From contig CAMYJT010000005.1 in assembly GCA_947258785.1 (NCBI GenBank), forward strand, positions 26,993 through 90,992: a stretch of DNA of 64,000 nt, written 5' to 3'. Each line of letters opens with the position of its first letter. The stretch's first letter is position 1. Origin of the DNA: an uncultured Gammaproteobacteria bacterium (GTDB taxonomy: Bacteria > Pseudomonadota > Gammaproteobacteria > Arenicellales > JAANXG01). A model generated the notes under the pieces. The model was not told the DNA's origin. It did no database searches and saw nothing but the letters and a program-made list of their open reading frames with translations. A program made the translations under genes and the position numbers. Shown in pieces: positions 47,840-58,945 of the stretch.

Positions 47840-48805
47840 TTAGCCTCCCCAGGCGGCGCTGAGCATCGCCACACCCTGAGCGCCTGCGTGTTTTGCCTCG
47901 GACAGGTGATCCAGGTCCATCCCACCTAAGGCAAAAACCGGTAAATTCGCACCGTGGCACAAAACCGCGAACCGCTCCCAACCCAGCGGCACGGCTCCCG
48001 GGTGGGACTCGGTCTCGAACACTGGTCCAAGCACTGCGAAATCCGCATCGATCCGCTCGGCCATAGCCAATTCCTCCGCGTTGTGGCAAGAAGCGGCCAC
48101 CCAATACGAACGCGGCAGAGGACGGTGCTGGCAAGCCCGCAACCGCGCCGACGTCAAGTGTATCCCGTCGACGTCCATGCCGAGCGCGGTCTCTGGCGCT
48201 GCGTTAATCAACACCCTAGCCCCACAAGCCCGGCAACGGCCCGCAACTACGCGCACGAACTCATGCCAAGCGTAGTCATCCATATGCTTCTCGCGCACCT
48301 GGACCAGGCCACCGGGCTGCAGCCCTGCATCGAGCGCCGACAGGATCCTGGCACACCCGAACCTTGCCGCCGCAGTGATCAGGTAACGATCCGGCAGCTG
48401 CAGCGATTTCACGACCGGCCGGTTTCCGCTCAACAGATCGACCGTTGCGAGGTCATCCGGGGCCAGCCACTGCAGGGCCTGACCCTCCCGTCCCACAGCT
48501 ACACCCCGATACGCGGTTACCCGCAATACATTCAGCGTGACCTTGCGCTCCGGGTAGTCGTGGCGCACGGTGATGAGTGGCTCAGTGCGGGACACATAAA
48601 TCCCCAACTCCTCCAGGCACTCGCGCCGCAAAGCCTGCTCGACAGTTTCGCCGGGTTTGAGTTTACCACCCGGGAATTCCCACTTGCCGAACTGATGGTG
48701 AGGGTAATTGCGCTGCGCGACGAGTACCCGTCCGGAGTGGTCCGTAATGATGCCAGCTGCGACTTCGATTCGATCAGCTGCGGTATTCCGCGTTGATACG
48801 GACAT
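47840..48805 (-). CDS. Nudix (MutT-like 8-oxo-dGTP diphosphatase) fused to ThiE/TenI-like domain
   Basis: The Nudix box is GKWEFPGGKLKPGETVEQALRRECLEELGI. The C-terminal half (HLTS...SCHNAEEL...ADFAVLGPVFET...VFALGG) is like thiamine-phosphate synthase. The start MSVSTR at 48805 would overlap argJ by 32 nt. The track ORF extends further upstream. Confidence 0.8.
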   Translation of the reverse strand: MSVSTRNTAADRIEVAAGIITDHSGRVLVAQRNYPHHQFGKWEFPGGKLKPGETVEQALRRECLEELGIYVSRTEPLITVRHDYPERKVTLNVLRVTAYRGVAVGREGQALQWLAPDDLATVDLLSGNRPVVKSLQLPDRYLITAAARFGCARILSALDAGLQPGGLVQVREKHMDDYAWHEFVRVVAGRCRACGARVLINAAPETALGMDVDGIHLTSARLRACQHRPLPRSYWVAASCHNAEELAMAERIDADFAVLGPVFETESHPGAVPLGWERFAVLCHGANLPVFALGGMDLDHLSEAKHAGAQGVAMLSAAWGG

Positions 48806-49994
48806 ATTCGTTCGACAAATCACAGGTCCAGACCTCGGCTTGCTGATCGCCCATGCCGAGGTCAACCGTGACACGCAAATCCACCGGCGCCATGGCCGCC
48901 TGACCCAATTCTTCCCGATAGGCCGCGGCCACGGCACCGCGATCGAAAATCTCCAGTCCGTTGATGACCAGGCGGACTTTCTGAAAATCGAGTCCGGCAA
49001 CACCGGCACGGCCGACCGCGGCCAGCAGACGCCCCCAGTTTGGATCACTGGCGAAGAAAGCGGTCTTGACCAACGGCGAATGCGCTATGGTGTAGGCGAC
49101 CGACAAACAGTCCTCTTCGCTTGCCCCGCCAACCACATTCAGCGTCACGTATTTGGTCGCACCCTCGGCATCACGTACAACGGCCTGCGCCAGCTTCCGG
49201 GCCACATCGCAAACCGCCGCGGCTAGTCGATCGTACGCCGGGTCATGCGGGGAAGAAATCTTACTATTGCCGGCCGCACCTGTGGCGAGCAGCACACAGG
49301 CATCGTTGGTGGAAGTATCGCCGTCCACGGTGATGCGGTTGAAGCTGCGCCCCACCACCCACCGCAGGCAATTCTGCAGCAGGCTTTGCTCCACCGCCGC
49401 GTCGGTGGCCAGGAAAGCGAGCATGGTCGCCATGTCGGGGCGAATCATCCCGACGCCCTTGGCAATGCCCGTGACGGTGACCGGTTGTCCGTCCACATCG
49501 ATGCGGGCGGTCGCGCCCTTGGGAACGGTGTCGGTCGTCATAATCGCCCTTGCGGCGTCTTCCCACGCGTCGGGACGCAGCCGTTGAACGCACTGTCCAA
49601 TCCCTTCCAACATACGCGTCACGGGCAGCCGCTCCCCAATCACGCCCGTTGAAAACGGCAGCACTTGTTCGGGATCCACACCGATAAAAGCCGCCGTCCC
49701 GGTACAGATTCGCCTGGCGTCATCGACACCCAGCTGACCGGTACCCGCATTTGCACACCCACTGTTTACAACGAAAACACGCGGTTGCCTGCGTTGCAAA
49801 TGTTCCCTGGCCACCAATACGGGCGCCGCATAGAATTGATTCTGAGTAAACACCGCCGCGCAGTTCGTATCCGGTGCACACTCCAATACCGCGACATCGT
49901 CGCGCGACGATTGACGAATCCCAGCGCGTGCTACGGCCCAGCGTACCCCCGGCACGAGTAGCAATGCCGAGTCCTTTGTGTCATCTACAGACAT
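48774..49994 (-). CDS. argJ: bifunctional ornithine acetyltransferase/N-acetylglutamate synthase ArgJ
   Basis: It has the autoprocessing-site context PDMATMLAFLATDA and the C-terminus NAEYRS. The start MSVDD at 49994 gives ~406 aa. The longer track ORF runs into secA. Confidence 0.9.
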   Translation of the reverse strand: MSVDDTKDSALLLVPGVRWAVARAGIRQSSRDDVAVLECAPDTNCAAVFTQNQFYAAPVLVAREHLQRRQPRVFVVNSGCANAGTGQLGVDDARRICTGTAAFIGVDPEQVLPFSTGVIGERLPVTRMLEGIGQCVQRLRPDAWEDAARAIMTTDTVPKGATARIDVDGQPVTVTGIAKGVGMIRPDMATMLAFLATDAAVEQSLLQNCLRWVVGRSFNRITVDGDTSTNDACVLLATGAAGNSKISSPHDPAYDRLAAAVCDVARKLAQAVVRDAEGATKYVTLNVVGGASEEDCLSVAYTIAHSPLVKTAFFASDPNWGRLLAAVGRAGVAGLDFQKVRLVINGLEIFDRGAVAAAYREELGQAAMAPVDLRVTVDLGMGDQQAEVWTCDLSNEYVRINAEYRS

Positions 49995-50037
49995 TTCCCG
50001 TGCGCTTTGCCGACCCACCGCCCGCTCGCTGAAACGA

Positions 50038-52749
50038 TCAGGCGTTGAGTCTCCCGTGACAGTGCTTGTATTTCTTCCCCGAGCCACAGGGACAAGGTTC
50101 ATTACGGCCGATTTTCCGCCCCGATCGTACATAAGGTTTCGATGGGGCCGGTGTTTGCGTCGCTTCAGCACCCCCGTCGGCCGCTGCCTGCTGCTCCATA
50201 GATGGGTGCAGAAATTCCATCGATTGCTGAGTACGTTGCTGTGCCTCCAGTTCCTCCACCTCCCGTTCGGCGCGGATCTGGATCTTCGACAGAATCGTCA
50301 CAACTTCGAGCTTGACCCGCCCCATGAGGTCTTGAAACATTTCGAAGGCCTCGCGTTTATACTCCTGCTTGGGGTTTTTCTGCGCATAACCCCGCAGGCC
50401 GATGCCTTGGCGCAGATAATCCATCATCGCCAGATGTTCTTTCCACTGCGAGTCCAATACCTGCAGCATCACGGCCTTCTCCAGGTGCCGCATGACCGGT
50501 GCTCCGACGTCGGTCTCCTTGGCCTGATAAGCCTGATTGATCCGTTCCAAGATGCGCTCGCGCAGGGTTTCCTCATGCAGGTCGGGCTCCTCGTCCAACC
50601 ACTGTTTGATGGGCAACCGGCTTCCGAACTCGTGCTCAATCTCGTTTTCCAGCCCGTCGATGTCCCACTGTTCCTCGAGACTTTGCGGCGGAATTCCCCG
50701 GTTGATGACGTTGTTAACAACGTCTTCGCGCAGCACCTGTAACCGGTCGGATATGTCGTCGACTTCCATCAACCGGTTGCGCTCTTCGTACACGATTTTA
50801 CGCTGCTCGTTGGCCACATCATCGTATTCGAGCAGCTGTTTACGGATGTCGAAGTTTCGGCCCTCGACCTTACGCTGCGCGTTTTCTATGGCCCGGGTCA
50901 CCCAGGGATGTTCAATGGCCTCACCCTCTTCCATACCGAGCTTCTGCATCAAACTGGAGACGCGGTCCGATCCGAAGATCCGCATCAGGCTGTCCTCCAA
51001 AGACAAATAGAACCGGGACGACCCCGGATCGCCCTGTCGGCCTGATCGGCCGCGGAGCTGGTTGTCGACGCGCCTCGATTCATGGCGTTCGGTGCCAATC
51101 ACGTGCAGACCCCCTGCGGCAACTACCTGTTCGTGGCGTTCCTGCCAATCCGTGCGGACTCGGGACTTTTCCTTTTCGTCATCATCGGTCTCCTTTAGCT
51201 CCATCTCTAAGTTACCGCCCAACACGATGTCCGTACCACGGCCAGCCATGTTGGTAGCGATGGTGATCGCCCCGGGCCGTCCAGCCTGGGCAATGATCTG
51301 CGCCTCCTTTTCATGATGCTTGGCGTTCAGTACCTGGTGTTCGAGACCTGATTTCTGCAGCAGTCCGGACAGCAGTTCGGACGTTTCGATAGAGGTCGTA
51401 CCCATCAAGATTGGTTGACCGCGCTGGTTAGACTCCCGAACACCCTCGACAATCGAGTTAAATTTTTCGTTCATGGTCCGGTACACCAAGTCGGCGCGGT
51501 CATCACGGATCATCGGTTTGTCGGTCGGAACCACAACCACTTCCAATCCGTAGATCTGTTGAAATTCCTCGGCCTCAGTATCGGCCGTACCGGTCATTCC
51601 GGCGAGTTTGTCATACAAACGGAAATAGTTCTGAAAAGTAATCGACGCCAGCGTCTGATTTTCCTGCTGCACCTTGGCACCTTCCTTGGCCTCCACCGCT
51701 TGATGCAGGCCCTCGGACCAACGCCGACCCGGCATCATACGCCCGGTAAATTCATCGATGATTATGACCTGGTCGTCGCGGACAATGTAATCGACGTCTC
51801 TTTGAAACAATGTGTGTGCCCGCAGCGCCGCGTTGAGGTGATGGAGTAATGAAATGCTGGCGACATCGTAGAGGCTGTGATCCTCGTCCAGCAAACCGAA
51901 TTCGGCCAGCAACTGTTCAGAAGTCTCATGCCCTTGTTCCGTCAAGTACACCTGCTTGCTCTTCTCGTCGACACTGTAGTCCCCAGGGCCGTCCTCCGTT
52001 TCCTGCGGTGTGAGGCGCGGGATCAGTTTGTCGATTTTGATGTACAGGTCGGTGCTTTCCTCAGCGGGCCCGGAAATGATCAATGGTGTACGCGCCTCGT
52101 CAATCAAGATGGAATCCACTTCGTCGACAATGGCATAGTCCAATCCCTGCTGCACACGGTCCTCAGCAGAGAAAGCCATGTTGTCACGCAAATAGTCGAA
52201 CCCGAATTCGTTATTCGTGCCGTAGACGACGTCCGCGGCATAGGCGTCGCGTTTCGCACGCGGATCCTGACCGGTGGTGATCACACCGACAGTGAGCTCC
52301 AGAAAACCGTAAATCTGTCCCATCCAGTCAGCATCCCGGCGCGCCAGATAGTCGTTCACGGTGACTATGTGCACCGACCTACCGGCAAGACTGTTGAGAT
52401 ACACAGGCAGTGTGGCGACCAAGGTCTTGCCCTCCCCAGTGCGCATCTCCGAAATCTTGCCCTCGTACAAGACGATGCCGCCGAGGATCTGCACATCGAA
52501 ATGGCGCATGTTCAAGGTGCGCTTCGCGGCCTCGCGCACCACCGCAAACGCTTCAGGAAGCAGGTCGTCCAGATTGGCGCCGTCGCCGACGCGACCGCGG
52601 AATTCGCTTGTTTTGGCCGCAAGCTGCTGATCTGAGAGCTGACTGATTTCGGCCTCCAGCGAATTAACAACCGCAACGGTCTTTGACATTCGCCTGAGCA
52701 GCCGGTCATTGCGAGTACCGACCAGCTTCTTCATTACCGATCCGAGCAT
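50038..52749 (-). CDS. secA: preprotein translocase ATPase SecA
   Basis: The 903-aa ORF has the DEAD-like motor motif MRTGEGKTL and the C-terminal zinc motif [14 protein letters not shown]. Confidence 0.97.
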   Translation of the reverse strand: MLGSVMKKLVGTRNDRLLRRMSKTVAVVNSLEAEISQLSDQQLAAKTSEFRGRVGDGANLDDLLPEAFAVVREAAKRTLNMRHFDVQILGGIVLYEGKISEMRTGEGKTLVATLPVYLNSLAGRSVHIVTVNDYLARRDADWMGQIYGFLELTVGVITTGQDPRAKRDAYAADVVYGTNNEFGFDYLRDNMAFSAEDRVQQGLDYAIVDEVDSILIDEARTPLIISGPAEESTDLYIKIDKLIPRLTPQETEDGPGDYSVDEKSKQVYLTEQGHETSEQLLAEFGLLDEDHSLYDVASISLLHHLNAALRAHTLFQRDVDYIVRDDQVIIIDEFTGRMMPGRRWSEGLHQAVEAKEGAKVQQENQTLASITFQNYFRLYDKLAGMTGTADTEAEEFQQIYGLEVVVVPTDKPMIRDDRADLVYRTMNEKFNSIVEGVRESNQRGQPILMGTTSIETSELLSGLLQKSGLEHQVLNAKHHEKEAQIIAQAGRPGAITIATNMAGRGTDIVLGGNLEMELKETDDDEKEKSRVRTDWQERHEQVVAAGGLHVIGTERHESRRVDNQLRGRSGRQGDPGSSRFYLSLEDSLMRIFGSDRVSSLMQKLGMEEGEAIEHPWVTRAIENAQRKVEGRNFDIRKQLLEYDDVANEQRKIVYEERNRLMEVDDISDRLQVLREDVVNNVINRGIPPQSLEEQWDIDGLENEIEHEFGSRLPIKQWLDEEPDLHEETLRERILERINQAYQAKETDVGAPVMRHLEKAVMLQVLDSQWKEHLAMMDYLRQGIGLRGYAQKNPKQEYKREAFEMFQDLMGRVKLEVVTILSKIQIRAEREVEELEAQQRTQQSMEFLHPSMEQQAAADGGAEATQTPAPSKPYVRSGRKIGRNEPCPCGSGKKYKHCHGRLNA

Positions 52750-53078
52750 ACCTATTCCTTATCTCAATCTGGGGAGGTGATTTTCCACAAGCAGTTAGTA
52801 TGAATGGTTACCGACCTAATGAAAACTCATGCCGGTGGCCGGGGACGGAGCTATCCGGTGCGCCGGAGACATCCGGTATCCCGAGGGACGGCCAGCCCTA
52901 CGGGCACCGCAACACATGCAGTTCCCAATGTGGCTTGATGCCGGGTTAGCCGCTGCTCGGTGCGCAACTCATTGCGGCATTCCGTAGATCAGGAGCCTGT
53001 CCGAGTATTCGGTGCCCTGATTCCCAGTTTCTCGCTACGGGTGGAATATTGGCACAGGCGCCAAGCCAAACGATGGTA

Positions 53079-54014
53079 TCAGCGGGATGCTTTTAAATAG
53101 CGCCGGGGATTCATGGTCTTTCCTTGTTTGAGAACTTCAAAATGCAGGTGCGGACCGGTGGATCGCCCGGTATTGCCGACCACCGCCACGACTTCGCCCT
53201 TTTCGATTCGATCGCCGACCTGCGTGTTGGTGGACAAGGCATGGGCATATCGGGTTGCATAACCGTTTCCGTGATTGACCTCCACCGTCAGCCCGTACCC
53301 GGGCTTGATGCCCGAGTGGCTCACAACCCCTGCCGCGACCGCCTTGATCTGGCTCCCTGCCTTCCCGGCGATGTCAACGCCGCCGTGAAAGTCACGCCGA
53401 CCGGTAAATGGGTCATTGCGGTAACCGTAGCTCGAGGAAATCCACCCGCCGACGACCGGCCATCCGTTCGGGAACTGGCGCTTGTGCAGTGTGCGATCCA
53501 TCAACAGGGTCTGCAAAGCACTCAGCCCCTCGTGCTTCTCCTCCATCTCAGCTTCAAGCAGATCCAGGGTTTTGGTCAGTTCAGTGTGAATCTGGGCAGG
53601 CAACGGATTCACGGACAACGGCCCCCCGACCGCGGGCTCCTCATCGAACCGGAACTCCTCCGGGTCCAGCCCCGCCATTTCCGTCAGCCGTTGGCCCAAA
53701 GCGTTGATGCGCGATACTTGAGCCTGTAAACGACCGAGATTGCGTCCCAGCGCGTCGAGATGATCGCCGACTTGTATCTTGGCCTCGGTAATCTCCTGCT
53801 GCTGAGCATTGAGTGCCTCTTCAATCAGCCGTCCATAATCCGGTAGTTGTTGATCGTTTATCGGATATTGCAACGAGCGAAGGAAATATCCACCGGCACC
53901 TAACAGCAGTGGGAGGAAAAGCAACACAGCCACCATTGACGCTATGGCCTGTCGCCGTGAAAGACACTTGCTTAAACGTTTGCCGGTGCCGCTGGGAACT
54001 AAGATAATGCGCAT
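53079..54014 (-). CDS. M23-family peptidoglycan metalloendopeptidase
   Basis: It has an N-terminal TM helix, a coiled-coil region, HGGVDIAG and GPHLHFEV. Confidence 0.85.
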   Translation of the reverse strand: MRIILVPSGTGKRLSKCLSRRQAIASMVAVLLFLPLLLGAGGYFLRSLQYPINDQQLPDYGRLIEEALNAQQQEITEAKIQVGDHLDALGRNLGRLQAQVSRINALGQRLTEMAGLDPEEFRFDEEPAVGGPLSVNPLPAQIHTELTKTLDLLEAEMEEKHEGLSALQTLLMDRTLHKRQFPNGWPVVGGWISSSYGYRNDPFTGRRDFHGGVDIAGKAGSQIKAVAAGVVSHSGIKPGYGLTVEVNHGNGYATRYAHALSTNTQVGDRIEKGEVVAVVGNTGRSTGPHLHFEVLKQGKTMNPRRYLKASR

Positions 54015-54054
54015 GAGTTGGTGTGCCCTCTGGTGCTCGTTGGTTCAAGAACTC

Positions 54055-54507
54055 ATGTCATCCAGATCATCCACCTTTCAGTCCATTAACGCGCTGCTCG
54101 ACGCGAATCGTGCCGGCCGTATGTCCATCGCCGGCATGATGCAACAACTGAAACGTATGCAGACCGCGTGGGCCGCCGTTGCGCCGGCGGACATCGCCGA
54201 ACACACACGGCCCAGCCATTACGCGCGCGGCCGGTTGACCGTCATCGCCGAGTCCGCAGTGTGGGCGAGCCGGGTGCGACACAGCCAGGTAACACTCGCG
54301 CGCCAACTGCGCCAGCACGGCCTTACCGATCTGGTCTCCATCCGAATCCATGTCTTTCCAGAGTATAGACGGAAACCCGGCGGTACCTTACGGCGTAGAC
54401 CTCCATCCATAAACGTTCAAACGGCCATCCAGACCACCGCAAGCACGATTTCAGACCCGGAACTCAGAGCCTCGCTTTTAAAACTCAGCCGGTCAATGAA
54501 AAACTAG
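54055..54507 (+). CDS. DUF721/DciA-like protein
   Basis: The ~150-aa ORF contains ARGRLTVIAESAVWASRVRH, which is typical of DUF721. It lies in a secA-lpxC neighbourhood like that in pseudomonads. I chose the start at 54055 to avoid overlap with the M23 gene. Confidence 0.6.
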   Translation: MSSRSSTFQSINALLDANRAGRMSIAGMMQQLKRMQTAWAAVAPADIAEHTRPSHYARGRLTVIAESAVWASRVRHSQVTLARQLRQHGLTDLVSIRIHVFPEYRRKPGGTLRRRPPSINVQTAIQTTASTISDPELRASLLKLSRSMKN

Positions 54508-54594
54508 TTTACAACCCTTGCCCACGGCGCCCGTGCCGAGATACTCATAACAGTAACCGAACAGTGACCGATTCGCCGATATCGGGGCGTCTAT

Positions 54595-55509
54595 TTACGG
54601 CGTCGCCTGAGCGGTTCGTACAAACGCGATTGGTGCCTGCTGCGGATCGTCGAACGATACCAGTTCCCATGCATTTTTAGATCCGCACAGTTTGCGCAAC
54701 AATCGGTTGTTCAGGGCATGTCCTGATTTGTACGCGCTGAACGCACCAATAAGCGGGTGTCCCAATAAGTACAAGTCGCCTATTGCATCCAGGATTTTAT
54801 GTTTCACGAATTCGTCTTCGTAGCGCAGGCCGTCATCGTTGAGTATGTGATATGAATCCATGACAATGGCATTGTCTAGGCTACCACCACGCGCGAGTCC
54901 CGCTTCCCGTAGCGCCTCCAGTTCCTGCATAAATCCGAACGTGCGCGCACGACTGACTTCCTTGACAAAGGAAGTGGTTGAGAAATCGACACTCGCCCGT
55001 TGTGTCGAGCCGTTGAATATCGGATGATCGAAATCGATAGCAAACGAGACTTTGAATCCATCCAGCGGATCGAAGCGCACCCATTTATCCCTATCTTTGA
55101 TCTGCACGGTCTTACGGATACGGATGAACTGTTTCGGTAGAGATTGCTCCTCAATGCCCGCGGATTGAATCAGGAATACAAACGGGCCCGCACTTCCATC
55201 CATGATCGGTACTTCACCGGCGGTCAGGTCCACGTATGCATTGTCAACGCCTAGGCCGGCGAGGGCGGACATCAGATGTTCTACCGTAGAAATCTTGACG
55301 CCGTCCTTCTCCAGGGTTGTTGAAAGCCGGGTATCGCCGACGTATTCTGAACGCGCCGGCACCTCCACGGCTGGGTCGAGGTCGACACGGCGAAATACAA
55401 TGCCGGTATTGGGTGCCGCGGGCCGCAAGGTCAGATAGACCTTATCGCCAGTATGCAGCCCGACCCCGGTAGCCCGAATAACGTTTTTAAGGGTGCGTTG
55501 CTCGATCAT
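54595..55509 (-). CDS. lpxC: UDP-3-O-acyl-GlcNAc deacetylase
   Basis: The 304-aa ORF begins [31 protein letters not shown]. Confidence 0.96.
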   Translation of the reverse strand: MIEQRTLKNVIRATGVGLHTGDKVYLTLRPAAPNTGIVFRRVDLDPAVEVPARSEYVGDTRLSTTLEKDGVKISTVEHLMSALAGLGVDNAYVDLTAGEVPIMDGSAGPFVFLIQSAGIEEQSLPKQFIRIRKTVQIKDRDKWVRFDPLDGFKVSFAIDFDHPIFNGSTQRASVDFSTTSFVKEVSRARTFGFMQELEALREAGLARGGSLDNAIVMDSYHILNDDGLRYEDEFVKHKILDAIGDLYLLGHPLIGAFSAYKSGHALNNRLLRKLCGSKNAWELVSFDDPQQAPIAFVRTAQATP

Positions 55510-55641
55510 GTCTTTGTTTTTAAATCGGTTTTTCTGAGACGCGCAGCCTGAATCCGGCTAGAATGGCCCTCCCTGATCGCGCGAATGCTACACGATTCGA
55601 GGGCGTTTGTGTAGCCACTGCCGGACACCGGCAATGTACCG

Positions 55642-56781
55642 TCAGTCGGCCTGACGGCGGAGAAACGCGGGAACATCGAGATAATCCATATTCTTATCAT
55701 CCGGCAACGCCGGCAGGTCCTGGTCTAGACGGCGATTCCTGATTACCGTTGGGGCCTCATAGTCCTCGTAATTCACAGCTTTCGGCGCGGAGTGTACCAC
55801 TTTGTACGGATTCGCCGCAGTCTTACCCATTCCGATCCCGGTGGCCACCATCGTTACCCTTAGACTGCTCTGCATCTCTGGATCCAGGACCGTCCCGATC
55901 ACGACGGTGGCGTCATCGGAGGCCAACTCCCGAACAAGGTTACCGACCTCTTCGAACTCACCAATCGCCATGTCCATGCCGGCGGTCACATTCACCAGAA
56001 TTCCCCGCGCGCCAGAAATGTTGGTGTCTTCCAACAGTGGACTCGATATGGCGGCACGCGTCGCCTCGGTCGCCCGTTCGACGCCGCTCGCGGTGGCGGA
56101 ACCCATCATGGCCATCCCCATCTCGGCCATCACGGTGCGCACATCCGCGAAGTCGACGTTGATCAGGCCGGGCCGTGTGATAAGTTCGGATATTCCTTGC
56201 ACGGCGTTCAGTAATACTTCGTTAGCCTTGGCGAACGCATCCAGCAGGGACGCTTGCTTACCCATCACGTCGAGGACGCGCTCATTGGGAATGGTAATCA
56301 GCGAGTCTACGTGTTCGGCCAGTTCGCGTATCCCCTGGTCCGCCACCGCCATCCGCTTGGAACCCTCGAACGGAAACGGTTTGGTAATAACCGCTACGGC
56401 CAGCGCGCCTTGTTCCCGGGCCAGCTGAGCAACTATCGGCGCGGCACCAGTACCGGTACCTCCACCCATACCGGCGGTGATAAATATCATATCCGCACCC
56501 TGCAAGGTCTCCGCGATTCGATCCCGGTCTTCCATCGCTGCCTGCCGTCCAACGTCGGGATTCGCACCAGCACCCAAGCCCTTGGTAAGGTTGGATCCAA
56601 GCTGCAGAATCGTGTTGGCACCAGATCGGTTCAACGTCTGAGCATCTGTGTTGGCGTTAATGAATTCAACACCGTCAATACTTGCGGCAACCATGTGGTC
56701 TACAGCGTTGCCGCCGCCACCACCGACACCCACCACCTTAATAACCGCCTGCTGGTCTACCATATCTATCAGTTCAAACAT
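55642..56781 (-). CDS. ftsZ: cell division GTPase FtsZ
   Basis: It has GVGGGGGNAV and the tubulin signature GGGTGTGA. Confidence 0.97.
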   Translation of the reverse strand: MFELIDMVDQQAVIKVVGVGGGGGNAVDHMVAASIDGVEFINANTDAQTLNRSGANTILQLGSNLTKGLGAGANPDVGRQAAMEDRDRIAETLQGADMIFITAGMGGGTGTGAAPIVAQLAREQGALAVAVITKPFPFEGSKRMAVADQGIRELAEHVDSLITIPNERVLDVMGKQASLLDAFAKANEVLLNAVQGISELITRPGLINVDFADVRTVMAEMGMAMMGSATASGVERATEATRAAISSPLLEDTNISGARGILVNVTAGMDMAIGEFEEVGNLVRELASDDATVVIGTVLDPEMQSSLRVTMVATGIGMGKTAANPYKVVHSAPKAVNYEDYEAPTVIRNRRLDQDLPALPDDKNMDYLDVPAFLRRQAD

Positions 56782-56876
56782 GAGAGTACTCCCGTGCCTG
56801 CTAAGCTTTGATTGACTGGGAAATTGTATTTGTAACCGACTCCGATTTGCCTAATCATGTAGTGCATACCTTTTGT

Positions 56877-58112
56877 CTAGAAGCTGCCTTGAAACCAACT
56901 TTTCATGCGTTCAAGAACCGCTTTGAATCCCGAACCACTCGGCTGTTCGGTGAGCTTGGGACCTTGATTGTGGTGCCCGAATTGGATCAATCCCACTCCC
57001 GTCGAGTAGATTGGATTCCGGACGACTTCGCTCAATCCGCCCATATATTTGGGCATGCCCAGACGAACCGGCATGTGGAACACCTCTTCAGCGAGTTCAA
57101 TCATTCCCTCCATCTTCGCGGTGCCGCCGGTCAGCACGACACCGGATCCAATGAGTTCTTCGAAGCCACTGCGACGCAACTCTCCGCGGACCAGTTCAAA
57201 CAGCTCCTCGACCCGTGGCTCGATGACTTCCGCAAGCGTGGGCCGGGACAGCCGGCGCGGCGGCCGGTCGCCGACGCTGGGCGCCTCAATGCCATCGGCG
57301 CTATCCGCCAACTGAGTTAACGCACAACCGAATTTCTTTTTTATTTCCTCCGCCGACTGCGTGGGCGTGCGCAGCGCCACAGCAATATCGTTGGTCACCT
57401 GGTCACCGGCGATCGGTATGACGGCGGTGTGCCGAATCGCACCTTCGGTGAACACTGCGATATCGGTAGTACCACCACCGATGTCGACCAGGCAGACCCC
57501 AAGGTCTTTTTCGTCCTCGGTCAACGCTGCCTGGCTGGAAGCAAGTTGTTCGAGAATGATGTCATCGACTTCCAACCCGCATCGTCTGATGCATTTGATG
57601 ATGTTCTGCGCTGCACTCACGGCGCCGGTGATGATATGGACCTTGGCTTCCAGGCGAACCCCGCTCATACCTATTGGCTCCCGGATTCCCTCCTGGCCGT
57701 CAATCACGAACTCTTGCGGCATGATATGGAGTATTTTCTGATCGTTAGGAATCGCCAGAGCCCGGGCTGCCTCAATGACCCGATCAACATCCCCGGTATT
57801 GACCTCCTTGTCCCGGATCGCCACCACTCCGTGGGAGTTGAAGCTATTGATGTGCGCTCCCGCAATGCCTGCATACACTGAATAGATCTGACATCCCGCC
57901 ATCAACTCCGCCTCTTCCACCGCCCTTTGTATCGACTGCACAGTGGACTCAATGTTGGCAACCACCCCCTTACGCATACCCCGCGCCGGGTGATGTCCGA
58001 CACCGATGATTTCGATTTCACCAATCGGTGTGACCTCGCCCACTATAGCCAACACCTTGGAGGTGCCGATGTCGAGCCCGACAATCAGTCGGTTATCGTT
58101 CTTTTTGGTCAT
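56877..58112 (-). CDS. ftsA: cell division protein FtsA
   Basis: The 411-aa actin-like ATPase has GLDIGTSK and DIGGGTTD. Confidence 0.96.
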   Translation of the reverse strand: MTKKNDNRLIVGLDIGTSKVLAIVGEVTPIGEIEIIGVGHHPARGMRKGVVANIESTVQSIQRAVEEAELMAGCQIYSVYAGIAGAHINSFNSHGVVAIRDKEVNTGDVDRVIEAARALAIPNDQKILHIMPQEFVIDGQEGIREPIGMSGVRLEAKVHIITGAVSAAQNIIKCIRRCGLEVDDIILEQLASSQAALTEDEKDLGVCLVDIGGGTTDIAVFTEGAIRHTAVIPIAGDQVTNDIAVALRTPTQSAEEIKKKFGCALTQLADSADGIEAPSVGDRPPRRLSRPTLAEVIEPRVEELFELVRGELRRSGFEELIGSGVVLTGGTAKMEGMIELAEEVFHMPVRLGMPKYMGGLSEVVRNPIYSTGVGLIQFGHHNQGPKLTEQPSGSGFKAVLERMKSWFQGSF

Positions 58113-58945
58113 GTCTTTGCATCCAGATCAAGGTTGCTCGGGAGGCCATCGCCCTGCCGGAGCGAAATGGCGAGACCGTTGGGATAGCGGAGATCCACGC
58201 GGCGCAGCGAATGCGTTTGCTTGAATAATACAGAGCGATAAGAGCGAATAAATCGCCGCAGGCGCTGATCCAAATCTCGGTTTCCCAACACCACGTCGAA
58301 CGATTCGGAAACAACGTCACCGGCGTCTGAAGCGGCCCAAGCCATGGGTACGACGGACAAGGTCCACGCGCGCCGTTGAGTCAGTACAACACGCTTGATC
58401 TGCAATCCTGCCACAGCCAAAGGCGCCCGCCAGTCGCGGAATTGCGCCATCACATTACGTGAGGTGCCCGGCGGGCCGGTCAGACCCACCAATCCCTCGA
58501 GGTCAGGGGTCGGCCGCAACGTGACGACTTCACCGTCGACGTTCAACCAATGGCCCGGGCCCCAGCGCGCAACGGGCTGCTGCTCGACAACGCGGATATG
58601 TATGCTGTCCGGCCACACCCGTCGCACCGTCGCCTGGTAAACCCAGGGCAGATCGCGCACCGCTTGCTCGATCCGTTGCAGGTCCACGGCGAAGAAGTTT
58701 CTGTCCATCGCAGACATCACGACCTCGTTCAGCACCTCCGGGTCGAGATGTTGAAATGAGCCTTCTAACCGCACTTTACCGACCTGAAACGCGCTGGGCA
58801 CGAGCAGCCGATCGGCCACAACCGCCGCGGCGGCCGTCAACGAAAGCACAGTCGCAGTGACCAGCAGCGTAGACCTCCTGAGACGGATGCGGCGCAGGGC
58901 CTTCTTCCGCCGTTGGCGTTTGCCCAGCTCCCGATACATCATCAT
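58109..58945 (-). CDS. ftsQ: cell division protein FtsQ
   Basis: The 278-aa ORF has a single TM helix followed by a POTRA-like region. It lies between ddl and ftsA. Confidence 0.88.
   Translation of the reverse strand: MMMYRELGKRQRRKKALRRIRLRRSTLLVTATVLSLTAAAAVVADRLLVPSAFQVGKVRLEGSFQHLDPEVLNEVVMSAMDRNFFAVDLQRIEQAVRDLPWVYQATVRRVWPDSIHIRVVEQQPVARWGPGHWLNVDGEVVTLRPTPDLEGLVGLTGPPGTSRNVMAQFRDWRAPLAVAGLQIKRVVLTQRRAWTLSVVPMAWAASDAGDVVSESFDVVLGNRDLDQRLRRFIRSYRSVLFKQTHSLRRVDLRYPNGLAISLRQGDGLPSNLDLDAKT

Noticed and set aside
48806-50171. The track ORFs extend upstream of the chosen starts for the Nudix fusion (to 49048) and for argJ (to 50171).
   Set aside because: The extra N-terminal residues overlap the upstream genes (argJ and secA respectively). 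They are Arg/Trp/Pro-rich with no homology-like pattern. The internal starts give canonical protein lengths.
52816-52917. A 33-codon upstream ORF (MCCGARRAGRPSGYRMSPAHRIAPSPATGMSFH) lies in the ~330-nt secA leader. It could be a SecM-like regulatory arrest peptide.
   Set aside because: It has no signal peptide or hydrophobic segment, which SecM-type monitors need. It has no recognisable arrest motif and only a weak SD. It is one of several tiny ORFs in the leader. I cannot support it without conservation data.
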